Assembly (NCBI RefSeq): GCF_006345805.1
Contig: NC_043005.1
Span: 59,954,001 to 60,018,000, forward strand
Source: Octopus sinensis
Taxonomy: Eukaryota
Direction: 5' to 3'
DNA length: 64,000 nucleotides
The notes beneath the pieces are model-generated. The model ran no database searches. It was not told where the DNA came from and was given only the letters and a program-made list of their open reading frames with translations. Numbering within the stretch: the first letter of the stretch is position 1; each line of letters begins with the position of its first letter. Shown here piece after piece: positions 1 to 13,964 of this stretch. Position numbers and translations under genes: made by a program.

Positions 1-1150
1 GTTACTGTTTCCAAAGCAAAAATTACGATAGGTACGACCTTTCCTGTTCGCTTGTTCCAAATTCTTCCTATTTGAAATTTCAAAGGATTATATTTTTTCG
101 GTTTTCTTCCCCTTTCTTTACGATTCTGGAATCAAACGAGCATGATGGGCCGATAAGTAAGCAACGTCGCTTTTCTTTATCTGTAATATTAATATCTGGT
201 GTATTATTTTCTAACTTCTTGTACGTTTGAAGAGAAGTGTCACACAAAATTTTAATTTCTCTGACTCTAGTATTCTTTTGTCTCGATAAATGTATGTCAT
301 GTTTCTAGCTTCAAATCCCTATTTCTGGTACAGTTTCCAGAGTAACACTTTTATTATCTGCTTCTGATTCCATTTCTTATAGTCTTCCTGTGCCAGCTTG
401 AGGCATTCTTCCACAATGTATCCAACACTCTCGTTAAAAGTTCCACAAGCCCTACATTTTTCTGACATATTCTCTCCATATATATTTTTTGTCAAGTTGT
501 TTCTTTTTATCGCTTGATCTTGAGCTGCTACAATTAAGCTTTGTGTTTCTTTTTTTGATTTTAACAAACCTAGGATTTTTTTTACGTACGCTCTCCAAAA
601 TTTGTCTTGCAAAGATTTTTCTTCGATCTGTTTGACGTGCTGTCTTTGTATTTTAATTGTTATCCTTTTCTCCTATTACGCGCTTCATCACCTTTCTTAA
701 TTATAAAGGAGTCAATGTAATCGACCAGCCTTCTCCCCCAAAGTTACTGTTGATTCGGCGAGGTGGCAGAATTGGCAACACGTGAGATAAAGTTCTTAGT
801 GGTATTTTTCGTACTTTTGGGATCGACCAAATAAGTTCCATCCAAGTACTGAGGTCGATATAATCGACTAGCTACCTTCCCCAAAAATTCAGTCCTTGTT
901 CCTATAAAAGAAATGATTAATATCATTATTCTTAATGTTTTCGTCATTCTCGTCGACATCTGTTTCGTTGTTTCAATGTTGGCAGATCGGGAGAGTCAAC
1001 AAAGTATCTGATAAATGTGTTTGAGATTTGTTCTGGGTCTTTATATCCCGAGTTCAACTCCTACCGATTTCAACTTTACACTTCATTCTTTCGTGGTCGT
1101 TACATCAAAATACCAGTGAGACACGGGAGACAACTTAACGTCCTCTCTAA
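1..1150 (-). mobile_element. Old R4/Dong-clade non-LTR retrotransposon relic (C-terminal CCHC knuckle + RLE endonuclease), runs off the left edge
   Basis: ORF 319-612 reads ETQSLIVAAQDQA...CRACGTFNESVGYIVEEC..LAQEDYK. Minus-strand 1-300 reads KILCDTSLQTYKKLENNTPDINITDKEKRRCLLIGPSCSFDSRI, an RLE PD-(D/E)xK region. Many stops and frameshifts. The upstream boundary is approximate. Confidence 0.8.
757..915 (+). mobile_element. Degenerate tRNA-headed SINE (family A) inserted in the Dong relic
   Basis: Similar by eye to 50466-50696 (ggcgaggtggcagaa...gtactgaggtcgatataatcgact). Confidence 0.55.
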
Positions 1151-4100
1151 AATTTTATGCCTTGTGCTTATGCTAGTAAAAACATTATTATTGTTTTCAC
1201 TATCAACTTGAATGTTACCAACAGTAACAACTTTTAGAATATATTTAGTTATTCATTTATTATCGCTTTGGTTTTCTTAAACCTTTTCGCATGAAACATC
1301 TTCAATAATGGAGTAAGGCAAATCATGTACATCTACAAATAAACTGAGACAAACAAGCACACATTCTCGTGCGATAGAACAATAAAGATAAAAATTACGA
1401 ATAGGGAAAGAAGGGGAAAAACCCAGCGTTTTGTTGTAGAAGATTGAAGAAAATTGTGATATCAAACGGTATTTGTGTTTAACGTATCACAAAACAGTTG
1501 CGGTTCTGTCATATATAATAATAGCGTATGTAATTAGAAAAATATGGGGTATTAAGAAAACAATATAAATGTATAATATGGATTTTTTTACAGCATATTT
1601 AGACAAAAATCTATCATGGCATAAAAGGAAAGAAAAATATAGAAAGCCATACACCCTTATTTTATATTACATGTTTTAGTAATAACAAAAAGCATGTATA
1701 TATTAAAGCTCATAAATTTTTATTTGCTACTTAGATATATATTTTAGTTCTTTGAGATGTTTACTATTGTTTCTGTTGGAAGATAATAAAATTTACATAA
1801 TGCTCTTTCTAAAAGAAACTTATCAAGCTCTACATCAACTATTCGTATTGGACTTGCTGATGCATTATACATAAGATGTTGCACAATGTTTGCATTATAC
1901 AACTCCACGCCCCTCCAAAAATCAATATATAGAAATACAACAATACAGTAAGATACAGAGAGGAAAGATAAAAAGAAAAAAAAAATCACGCGTACACATA
2001 TACAGGCACTAATATACGCACAAATACATGTAAGTATAGACACATACGTAATGTTTATTCTAAGAAATTTATTTTATTCTCAACAAAGTTTCTCCGTTGC
2101 TTTAAGAGTTATGCTAACGAAGATTATTGAGTTACTATGGCTTCCCATAAGAGGAAGGAAAAAAAGAAAGGAATGTGAATCAAACATATATTGTCTTTAA
2201 ATCTTACTTCAACATTTATACTCAACTATCTATGTTTTGTTTTAACTGTTGTATTGTTGTTGATATTTCAAATACCATCTTATTTCTCTGGATATTGTAG
2301 TAGAAATTCAGGTGTGTGTTGGATCGCTGTCTCTCATTTCATTGCATTTTTGTGTGTACATGTATTTATATTTCCTGTTGTTTTTGGTAATTTATGTAAT
2401 ATGCATGGGAACTCACTAACATGGCTTATTTTTGGTAGATTATATGCATGACTGAGTCATGTGATGTTCGTTACACACACACACATACACGCACACACAC
2501 ATACGCGCACACACAAACACACGCGCAAACAAACAAACAAACAAACAAACAAACAAACATATGCATTTTCTTGTATACTTTATCGTTGCTGTTGAACATT
2601 TCATTATCAGAATTGCCTGCGATAACGCTGTCTATGGCTTCAGTTATTTCTCTTATTTTTTTCTGCATTTTCACATTACCTCTGGCCTCTTTAGACGTAG
2701 GTGGTTGTTTAAAGCAAGGATCGATAATGCTTTCCTGGAAATATTTTTTATATGACGTTATTTGACAACAATATCAGGAGCAAACGCCTTTTTATTGGAA
2801 AACGGGCATGAATCAAGTCATAGTTGCGCTTTCATTTGCAGAGCCATTACGTTGAAATTTCATGATACTGGAAGAAAATGCTCTAGCTTTAGCTTTGCAT
2901 CCCAAAGCTTACCATTAGAGACAATACAATCTCTAATCTCATCTTAATTGTTACCTTTCGTGTATGTACGTTATATATTCTGATTTATTGCTCATCTTTG
3001 AAACTTTCTTGCGTGAAAGATTGTATCATTCCTTTTTTGTACTTTAAGAGAGATTGCGCATAGAATTTTTTGATTGTAGTTCTAAATTCGATTATCTATA
3101 GTTTAAATTTTCTTTTCAGGAGTACGTCCCTGAACTAGTCCTAACAACCCGAAAGGAGTTTCCCGTTTGATCCGGTTTTCTGGATATGTGTTTGAATATA
3201 TGTAGTCTCTGATATATCATTTTCAATCATACAAATGGTATTTATTGTTATTTATTATGTGTAGAAGAATATGATTTTGCAGAAGATTTCCATTGAGCAA
3301 TTCCAAAGCGTTTTCTAGGACGAATTATTAGGTCATTGCAGTGTGAACTGAAATAGTATTTCCACTAATGAATATAGCCAAGGAACAGAAAAGTTGACTA
3401 TCCTTTCCTCAGTACTCAGAATATAAGAGATTTGGGCAATTGTTTTTGACGAACGGTTATTGTGCGGCTCTGACATCAAAATTTATGATGTGTTCAGAAA
3501 CCTCTGCCAATCGGCAGAACTTCCATCCTGCTACAGAGAGAGGAAGGAACTACTATATAGTAGGGAGATTCAGACATGCTGGACGATTATCTGACCAGCT
3601 TCAAATAAAAGTCTTTGGCTTAGGGATTATGAACAACACCGCAAACGTCCTACACTGGCAGTGTTATTGAGTATTGGGGGTGGACGATGCAAATTATTTC
3701 TGCATATTCGGAAGTAACATCGGTCAGAAAACCATGATACCGTTCTCACTATATCTGTTCAGCGCTCACGCGTAGTTGATACACGGAGATATATTAGAAA
3801 CTGCGATTTTGTATAAGAAGGATTTATTTTTGTATTTATTGCCCTGCCCAATGTGACAGCTATTGTACAATGGCGGTGCTAAATATAGTAGAGAATAACA
3901 GTCTGTTTCAATGCTCATGTTTTCATAAGTTATCTAAAGCAACAGCTGATGGCAATGCTTCAATTTGGTCGCCAGGGTTACACTCTGACAACGTCGGAGA
4001 CTGTTAGATGTAAGTGTAAAAATCGGTTATTCATGAGAAAACCAACATTTCGATTCAGCCTAAAGATTTCAACAAGATATAAAAATGAGTGAGAAAGATA

Positions 4101-4174
4101 TGATTGTAAAAATGTACATTTTAGTTTCGTATCAAATGGAGTTTTCTTCTGCCGTTTCTTCCTCTCCTCTTCCT

Positions 4175-4365
4175 AGGCGAGTTGGCAGAATGGTAACTGC
4201 ATCGGACAAACTGTTTAACAGCATTTCTTCAAACCGTTTACGTTCTGAGTTGTATTCCCGCTGCGGTCGACGGGGTAGATAATATATGTAGGTGTCAGAT
4301 ACTGGAGTTGATATAATCGACTTGCCCCTCTCATCAAAATTGATTACTTAGTGTGAAAATTCGAG
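4175..4365 (+). mobile_element. SINE family A, diverged
   Basis: ggcgagttggcagaat...ttacgttctgagtt...tactggagttgatataatcgact matches 50466-50696. Confidence 0.65.
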
Positions 4366-4479
4366 ACCATTGGTTTGTTGTTATTCTTGTTGCCCTTGGT
4401 GTTGCTGTTCTTGGTGTTGCCCTTGGTGTTGCTGTTCTTTTTCTTCTTTTTAGTCATCATCATTTTAGTCATCATCACT

Positions 4480-4960
4480 AGTCTTATTTTTATTACGTGG
4501 TGTCACTGCATTCCCGAGCGCAGCTCTTTATGCCTTGGGTATGAGCTGTCGTTTGCTTTGGTGATAATATTTTTACTGTATTGAAAGTGATTTAAGTAGC
4601 ATGTGTTTCAGTGCCTAGCGGCGCTATTTTCAGCATGCTATATATATTCGTAAGTCCTAGTATTTTGTTTATGTATTTGCCAGTATGATTTTTAACTATA
4701 CCTTAAAGGGATTGTTTCTGTGTTAGCATTCGGATTTTCTCTATTTCTAGATCTTTGTATTTCGAGAGTTTCTCTGCTTCTTTTAGGGATACATGGGACT
4801 GATGTGCCGATTAGAATGCATTTTCCTTCATGGTGGTCGCTGACGACAATATCTGGCCTATTTACCTCGATCACTCTATCTGTTTGTATTGGCATATCCC
4901 AGAATAATTTGTTCTTTCTTATGTCCGTAGCTTGGTCACACAGATTTTATTCTTAATCCA
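4480..4960 (-). mobile_element. 3' fragment of Dong (RLE region + 3' UTR)
   Basis: ORF 4692-4895 reads MPIQTDRVIEVNRPDIVVSDHHEGKCILIGTSVP. The 3' UTR (cgagcgcagctc..tgccttgggtatg) matches the reverse complement of 24400-24470. Confidence 0.85.
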
Positions 4961-5487
4961 AAAAGGCTTCTGTCGTTGCATGCCTTGTGCATTCTGTACC
5001 TACATACCCTAGCGGGTACTTCATTATCATATCTCGGATAATCCAGAAAGTAGCACTCCATTAGAACCACATTTTATCTTTCGTCCACCTTCTTTTAAAG
5101 GTTGCTTGATGACGACTGGGCCAATGCTGCTCACCCGTGGGACAGCCGCTGGGCGAAAGACCATCAAAAGTTGTTCCAGCCTCTTTTACGCCGTTCTCAT
5201 TTCTGTTTTTATTTGACATTACAGCACTCATGATGAGGTTTAGTGAATTCTAGGTTGCACAACCACCAGTATTTTTACACCCGTGACATTATTACGGACG
5301 GTATTTCCACCCTACGATATAAGAAAGGGTGTTCAAGCGTTATGATTGCTTCTGCTTCTTAGATATATGTTATTTTGGTGCCCGTTGCCTTGTAAGAGTT
5401 TAATAGCCCGTATACAAGTCTTGTTTTACTTCCTGCAAGGTGTCGAAACAGCAAGAATCATATATTATTATTATTATTATTATTATT

Positions 5488-6032
5488 GAGTGAGAGAGCA
5501 GTGCATGCCATCAAAGTGACACTGGTGTAAAATATACGAAGCCCAATATACCCATCATGACTACCCGTCTGATAAGAGTACACCAGGCACATGCATCACA
5601 ACCATATATGCGTGACATGGTGATCTCATATCAAGATAAACAGCACATGACCTTGCAGGTGGGGCCCAGTCAGAATTTTCTTCTGGTCGAGTAGCCCATC
5701 CCACTCAAAAGGTCTCTGAATAAGGGTTGTTTAAGGATATTGAATAACCCATGTTTCCAGATGTGAATTATCCTAACCTCTAAGGATCCCTTTCAACACA
5801 CGGCTATGGTGTTCCCCCACTACTTCTGCTCATGATCGGAGATGCACACATCGTCAGCCACCAAGGGACATGGTCAATTGGTTAAGGTCAAAGAACTAAC
5901 AAGCAAGTCTGTGGTATTGAGCAGAATATTTTCTGTAGCCCATTTTATACCAGGACAAAACAATGTACATGATAACACTTTCAATCAGTTAAGATCAGAA
6001 GCCATGAGAGCCACTGCCAGATACTACATCAG
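5488..6032 (-). mobile_element. About 545 bp (TAA)n-embedded non-coding repeat, full-length copy
   Basis: Homologous to 20576-20926, 20927-21436, 24584-25060 and 59706-59801. Flanked on both sides by (TAT)n (5461-5487 and from 6038). Confidence 0.85.
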
Positions 6033-6037
6033 GGTAA

Positions 6038-6361
6038 TTTATTATTATTATTATTATTATTGTTGTTGTTGTTGTTTCTTTTAAAATTATTATTATTACC
6101 ACCATCATCATCATCATTATTATTATTATTATTATTATCATCATCATTATAATCAGTAGTAGCACTGGCATTGGCAGCAGCAGCAGCAGTAGCAGCAGCA
6201 GTAGGTGCAGCAGTAGTAGTAGTAGTAGTTGTTGTAGTAGTATTGGCAGCAGCAGTAGTAGCAGTAGTAGTTATAGTAGTAGTAGTACTGGTAGTAGTAG
6301 TAGTGGTAGTAGTAGTAGTAATAGTAGTAGTAGTAGTAGTAATAGTAGTGGTGGTGGTGGT

Positions 6362-6397
<36 letters not shown>

Positions 6398-6398
6398 T
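6038..6398. repeat. Compound trinucleotide array (TAT/TGT/CAT/CAG/TAG/TGG)
   Basis: Directly visible. Confidence 0.95.
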
Positions 6399-7327
6399 AT
6401 CAGAAAATAAATAATTGATAATTTCATTTCCTAACATCATAGCTGAATAAAGATCGGCCACTTGAAAATGATAAATACCGTTGAAATAAAATTAAGTTAC
6501 ATTTCCATTATTTATACGAAAGCGATATTAAAATAAATATCGAAATGAAATAAAATATAAAATGCCAAAGAATTCGAAATACATTTGTCTTGAAATGATG
6601 TAGAATAAGTTGCGTGTGCTAAACGAAGCGAATATTTAAAATCCCAATACATTTTGATCATTCATTTTAGAAATAAGTATTTGGTTCATATATTTGTATA
6701 TATCACAAGAGATAGAAATGCATTAGTAACTGATTTTAATGCATATGATAATGATAGATAATTATGTGGCTGAAGAAATTCTACAATTGTATGCAGATAA
6801 GAAAGTAGTTCTTTTCTTTAGAAATTTGCTAATTTCTTTCATTGCAATGTTCATAATATATATTTTCCCAAAACATATTAGCTTCCAAATGTTGCTTATG
6901 AGGATACTGGTTTTGTCTTTCTGAGATGATGTATGTATGTGTATATGTATGTACGTGTATATGTATGTATGAATGAATGTATGTATGTATGTATGTATGT
7001 ACGTAAGTATGTATATATGTATTGTTTGTATCTATATATAAATAAATATATATATATATCACTGTGTTGAAGATATTTTGTATTGATTGTCCAAGGAGGT
7101 AAGTGTTAGATTTTTAAGAAAGTAGTACTGTAATATGAATGCATATACTAAAAGCATTAGAATTTTAAAATTAACTAAAATAGTTGTAGGTTTGAATAGA
7201 AATTCAAAGCATCTAGTGGGGAGGTAGAAAATTCTATTTCAAAGTGGAATACAATTACATATGTATGCATATGTCTCTACATATGCATACATACATATGA
7301 ACATGCATGCATAAATGCATACCACGC

Positions 7328-7394
<67 letters not shown>

Positions 7395-7794
7395 AACACA
7401 CACACGTAGAGTGATAGGTAGACTATTATAGATGCAGACAACCACGCACGGATACATATATTAACATTCGAATTTGTGCAAAAATATATAAGCATTTGAG
7501 AAATTAAATTTTAAAAAATGTTGACAGTGACTTCGAAGTTTGGCCATCTGCTATTAAAGATGTTATTGATTGTGAAAAATATCACGTGCAACTTTTTGCT
7601 GTGCGTTAAACAAACAGTGAAACAGTTTGTCAAGAGGCTTTAGAAATTTTCCGGCATCAAAATCATAGAAGTAATTTTTATATTATTATGTCACCCACAA
7701 TTACCCACAGTTAAATTTCTCATACTTAAATCCGTCTCAGTTCTTGTCTACACTGTGAACATTACACACACACTTACACACGCACACATACACT

Positions 7795-7844
<50 letters not shown>

Positions 7845-7937
7845 GGCATAAACATGTATGTATGTGAATACATTTTACCCATCTATCTACCACTCTCTTT
7901 CTCGCCATTACTCTTTTCCCCTCTACCCCCTCTCTCT

Positions 7938-7987
<50 letters not shown>

Positions 7988-8002
7988 CAGAGAGAGACAG
8001 AT

Positions 8003-8088
<86 letters not shown>
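8003..8088. repeat. (TAGA)n microsatellite
   Basis: Directly visible. Confidence 0.95.
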
Positions 8089-8908
8089 GAACATTGAATT
8101 ATATATTATCGATCATTTTGCTGGTTACTGGCACTGAGGCAACTTAAATCGAATCAACAACATTCCGATCGGAATATCATCTTACAATCAGCTTACATCT
8201 TGTAATGATGTTAAGATAGTGTATACCATATACTGGAGAAACATATGTAAACATAGAATAATATTGTTACATCTGTTTAGAAAAGACATTTCTCCTCAAT
8301 TGTTTCCTATAAACAATATTTTAGATATAATAGATGTACAAATATTAAACGACTTTGTTAAGGGATTCGGTTTGAATCTTCTGTTATTGTATTGTTTTTG
8401 TATTGTGTGTTGTTTGTGCGGCGCAGCTTGTGTTTTGTTTGGTATTGGACTTCTATGGCACATGTCGTGGGCTTTGTTCATTTCGTTGGGTATTTACGGT
8501 ATGAGTTTATTCTTTTATGATTTTGGAGGAACGTTGCATCTTAGTGTGTGTAAATCATAAATGAACTATTTCATAGTATTCGTGGTTATCTGGTCATCGT
8601 TTCTTTCTCTTTCGGTTGCTTTTGTTTTGGGTTCATCTTTACGGCGTTTAATTTTTGACAGAACACCGCCCATGGATATCTATTGATTCTTCACTTGTGT
8701 TTATAATTATTATGCATGTATCAGCGACAGATCGAGAAGAAACAGCAATGTGCATATGTATAGATGCCTTGTATATATATGGATGTATATGTAATAAAAT
8801 TTCAAATTTTAGTCAAAGTCTCGCAGTTTTCGTATAGAAATATTTCAGTCCATATGTTTACGCTCTCACGCAAGTGCTCCTGTGGCGGTGCATCCAGATG
8901 GAGCTATT

Positions 8909-8976
<68 letters not shown>

Positions 8977-9544
8977 TGTATGAGTGTATGTGTGTGCATG
9001 TATATGTATATATAAAAGGCAGGATGTGTGTGTATATGTGTGTGTGTGTACGTGAATGTAATTTATGCACGTCCACAAATTAGCACGCATGTCGCTCCAA
9101 ATTTAGGAAGACATTCGTCAATATCCTAGCTGTATTTTCGTCAACTTATTTTCCCAGAGGCACCATCGGCAAGCAGCAAGATTAAATTTTCAACCTAAAC
9201 TTTTCACAATTTTCAACTTGGAGAAATCACCATGGTTCCAGAACAGGAGTTAACTCCCATTCTAGGGACGAGAACGTTTTGTTAAGACTGTTGTTTTTTT
9301 CTATCGACGAAAAAGTGCTTCGTTGATATATGGGCAACACACACAGACGCACAGATACGCGCGCGCATACACACACATACATACAAACAAACATACACAG
9401 ACACAAAGGATTTCGCACAAATTTGACACCGATGTTACTTTGTTGGGTTTGAAATAAACAATTTCATTAGTTTAATAATCCTATCTTAATCCCGGGCAAA
9501 GCCAGGTTATACTGCTTGTACATATATATATATATATATACTCC

Positions 9545-9620
<76 letters not shown>

Positions 9621-9769
9621 TCCATATGAGAAAGGTCTTTCAGTCTCCTTTGATAGCTTACATTAAAAAGTGGTTTTCTTTCGTTGCTTTTGCGGAATCT
9701 TAATTCCTGCTTCGTGATGGTTTCTCGGCAGTACGCTATCACACGTCCATGGTGTTTGCTATTCGTATA

Positions 9770-9800
9770 ATCATAATAAATAATAATAATAATATTACTA

Positions 9801-9853
<53 letters not shown>

Positions 9854-9905
9854 CATTGTTATTATTATTACTATTGTTATTATAATTCTTCTTCTTCTTC
9901 TTCTT

Positions 9906-9936
<31 letters not shown>

Positions 9937-9955
9937 TTATTATTATTATTATTAT

Positions 9956-10012
<57 letters not shown>

Positions 10013-10035
10013 AAGTAGTAGAATTAGTAGTATTG
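9770..10035. repeat. Compound array (TAA)(TAT)(TTC)(TAT)(TAG)
   Basis: Directly visible. Confidence 0.95.
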
Positions 10036-10202
10036 AAGATAAACCTATAAATCCGATGCTAATTATACTGCAGAATATGTGCTAAAGATAAGAACAAAAA
10101 TTACATATTATGCGTGTGTGTGTCTGTGTCTGTGAGTGTATGCGTGCGCGTGAGTATGTATATGTGTATATATATACACACACATATATATATATGTATA
10201 TA

Positions 10203-10241
<39 letters not shown>

Positions 10242-10849
10242 CTATACACACACACACACATATATATATATACCGAGAGAGAGATGCATACATATTACAT
10301 ATTTGCATGCATACATACATACATACGTACATACATACATACATACATACATACATACATACATACATACATACATACATACATACATACATGCATGCAT
10401 ACATACATACACGTATTTAATTGGAAAGACAATTTCGATAAAAAGAAGTGCTTGCTATACTGCAGAAAAATTGAAAAATAAATAAACTCTGCAGATAATA
10501 TCCTGCAGGAATTAGCGAAAAGAGCGGGAGTAGGTTAGCGTGATTGCCAGCAATTGGTTTAAAATATATGAACGAAAACCAGGTACACGAGTTTTGGTTT
10601 TAGTTGTAAGCCCGGAAACCTCTACGAAGTCGATTCCCTGCGGGAATTCTTAGTGAGATATCTCACAAATGAAAGTAATATCTTAAAAATAAGAAACGGC
10701 GTATTTGAGAGCATAGCCTGAGGAGAACTGACAAAATCTATTAAGAATAAAGGTATAGTGACCGTCAGAATGCAACATTATAGATGATCGGGCGTTGAAC
10801 AACATCATGATATATAAAGGAGATAATACAATGCTACAAGAAAGACTAG

Positions 10850-11800
10850 CATTAACTTGATATAATGCAAATGTAAGAAAGTATGACTCATATGATTTCA
10901 AGCTGGCAATCATTCAAGTCAGGATAATCTTTCAAGTCACGGTAACGGTAAAAAATTTCGACATGTACACTGTCATGCTTTTATATAAGGGTGTATCTAA
11001 TACAGTATAAAAGAATGACTTGTCTAGGATAGCATGCGACATAGCTCTCCAGATTTCCAAAGAGATTAAATAGGTTTGTCTAGGTATCATAACACTCATT
11101 AAAAATATCTGTACTCTGACAGAAATATGGGGAAAGAATAATTAAATCTCAAGAGTTATCTAACTTTATTACAGCTACGTCCACCATACGTATGATATAT
11201 TAACTATTAGCAACAATAAAAGATTAGCTGAAAAAAGCAAAAGGTGCAAGAATATTTCAAAAGCTTTGAAATGATTCTCCCGTGGGAAAATATCGGTATA
11301 TCAATCAACCCATGAACAATCACTCCAACTTAATATCGCAATAATTTAAAGTTGCTTCTGGGAATGGACTTTCATAGAGTCCATCACTATTTGATTCACA
11401 AAGGGTTAATTGCTAAAAAGTCCATCAAATATTTCCCGAGCAAAACAATACAAATTTATGAACCAAAAAATGAAAGGAGAAATCGAGTGATGAATGATGC
11501 CAAGCCTTCCCTCACTATATTCATATCTTGTGTGACAGTGAATTATAACAAAGACAGTGAACAAATACAAATGGTAAGAGGCAGCAATCGAACTTGTTCT
11601 GTATAAGTATGATTACAGCTTACTGCCTGAATAACAAAAACGAATTACTATTGTACTTTTAACCATAGCACATGTTCGATAGAAAAATCACCAGTTAATT
11701 CGTGGGGAAAATACATCAAATTACTTTGAGGATGTGAGAGTTAATAACCAGCAATACCTTACGATTAATACGATGTATGATATAAAGTAAACTAGATGAA
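10850..11800 (+). mobile_element. Highly degenerate R4/Dong-like RT relic
   Basis: Frame-broken matches to GIxQGDNLS (about 10905-10935), to the post-YMDD segment (about 11200-11235) and to KYL-type motifs. No intact frame. Confidence 0.35.
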
Positions 11801-12129
11801 CGGCAACATAAAAGTACTTAAAAATTAATTAACTAAACGAGTAACACATACATACACTGCTATAAATCAATATTTATGATGTATCACATTAATATTTAAG
11901 CCAAGCGAAATGACAACAATCAGTTACTGTGTATTTAGATACTTTAGCTCTTCAAGAAATAAATTACATTTGTACTATTGTCAACTGGAAAGTAAATGAA
12001 CTAGAATAATTACTTAAGAAAACATTAAGATATAATTACTACATAGCGATGCATCATACAAATTCTGCTAGAGAAATTACGGATTCAAGCTGCTTTTCAC
12101 ACCAGCATGAAAATTTTCTTTATGTTTGA

Positions 12130-12430
12130 AATAAAGGTTATGCATATTTGATATTTTATCGTTCTTCTAGTAGTCCAGCTTCAGTCATGGCAAGTAGAAC
12201 AGTATCGTCTGCATACTGTAGATTAGAAATATGCATACCATGTATTGCAATGTCATCTTCTCCCTGTATTGCTTCCCGCATTATCCACCTAGTGTCGGCA
12301 CTCACTGACTCCTTTCTCATTATTTACTCGAATACAGGACTCCTGTGAAATGGAAAGTTGCTCGATGAGCCTAATGAGGTGTTTCGGAATGTCGAGATTA
12401 GACACGGAGCGCCACAGGTGCTCATAGTTT
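12130..12430 (-). mobile_element. RTE-type LINE reverse transcriptase fragment
   Basis: Minus strand reads LWRSVSNLDIPKHLIRLIEQL...IRVNNE and IMREAIQGEDDIAIHGMHISNLQYADDTVLLA (YADD motif). Confidence 0.75.
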
Positions 12431-12639
12431 GCTCAGTCAAATGCCTTTTTCTGTAGACAATGTAGTAAATGAAAGTTATAACGTGTGCTGTACTTTTGTT
12501 TTTCTAAATTCGTGAGAGACTCCAAATTACTTGAATTGTTCGAGTAATTTGGAGCCCAAATCTCGGGCGAAGTCAGATGTAAGAAAGAATTTAAGACATG
12601 GGTAGCTACGGCAAGGTCGTCGATGGGTAAAGGTTTACT

Positions 12640-12945
<306 letters not shown>

Positions 12946-13174
12946 ACCAGTTAGACTGGTGTACCATGAAAGTTTTCTTTTACCTTATACAGTTGGCCGA
13001 ATAGCATAGTTAATTTGTTACAATGATCGACACGTGTTTTTGCCGCACAGAATGCGTACTTGTTTGAAGGACCCTAAACAGGGTTGCACAGATTACGCTT
13101 GGTTGAATGTGCAACTCCATATACTCTGTGTAGCAAAAACATGTATCCGTCATTGTAACCAAATAGTTATGCTG

Positions 13175-13240
<66 letters not shown>

Positions 13241-13964
13241 CGTAATTAAACGGAGTATATGACGATGTACAAGTCTCCGTATTCTAAAAAAGTGTTTGAA
13301 ATCCACTCTGCAGCGGAGTTACCCGGCAGAGGAATTATAGCGTGATTGCTAATACTAAGCAATCAGTGATGCTTATTAACAATTGATATGTTTAGCTATA
13401 ACCAGGAATACATGTGAAAGCTGCCATGGTTATCGCCTAAATAATTTCTTCCCCATACACTCATAATATGTGTGTGCGTGTGTGTATGCATATATATAAG
13501 TCTGTGTGAGTGTACGTGTGTATGTATTTATGTATGTATATGTATGAAGCACAAAAAGATTTTAGGAGAGCATATTTTAAATTTTAAAAAATTTTATAAA
13601 CTCGATACTTATGAGCCCTTTACCAAGACAAAATTTGCTAAAAGATGTAATACACTCATATTACGAATGCTGAATGTTATGTATTTTAAAATGTGCAACG
13701 TTTCTTAAATGATCTATTTCAGTATATTTTGGAAGGTAAACGTGAGCATGCTACATAAATATTATAAATATATAATTGCAAAAAATATGGAAAAACTATC
13801 AACATGGAATTGACTAAAAATATTGGTTTTCTGTTATGTATAAAGTTCGAAATTATATATTCTTTGCGCAGCATTAGTTATATATTCTATTTTTATGGAT
13901 TTTTGGTTGCATGGACGTGACTAGTTTTACAGTAGTGAGTAAATATTTTGAATATCTTCATGTG

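Noticed and set aside
2561-2947. Coding-looking minus-strand stretch (KKYFQESIIDPCFKQ...)
   Set aside because: Stops interrupt the upstream frame and I recognise no family. It is probably an unidentified transposon relic.
6018-6030. TGTAGTATCTG on the minus strand matches the U2 snRNA branch-pairing region
   Set aside because: The match is only 11 nt, and the other copies of the element read tgcagtaccag or tgcagtatcgg, so it is not the family consensus.
8219-8837. ORFs of 60-113 aa in non-microsatellite sequence
   Set aside because: No recognisable domain, and a Penelope GIY-YIG/RT assignment could not be supported.
9488-9517. Helitron-like 3' end (cccgggcaaagccagg...gcttgt)
   Set aside because: The hairpin and CTAG are both degenerate and no matching 5' end was found, so it is too weak to list as a feature.
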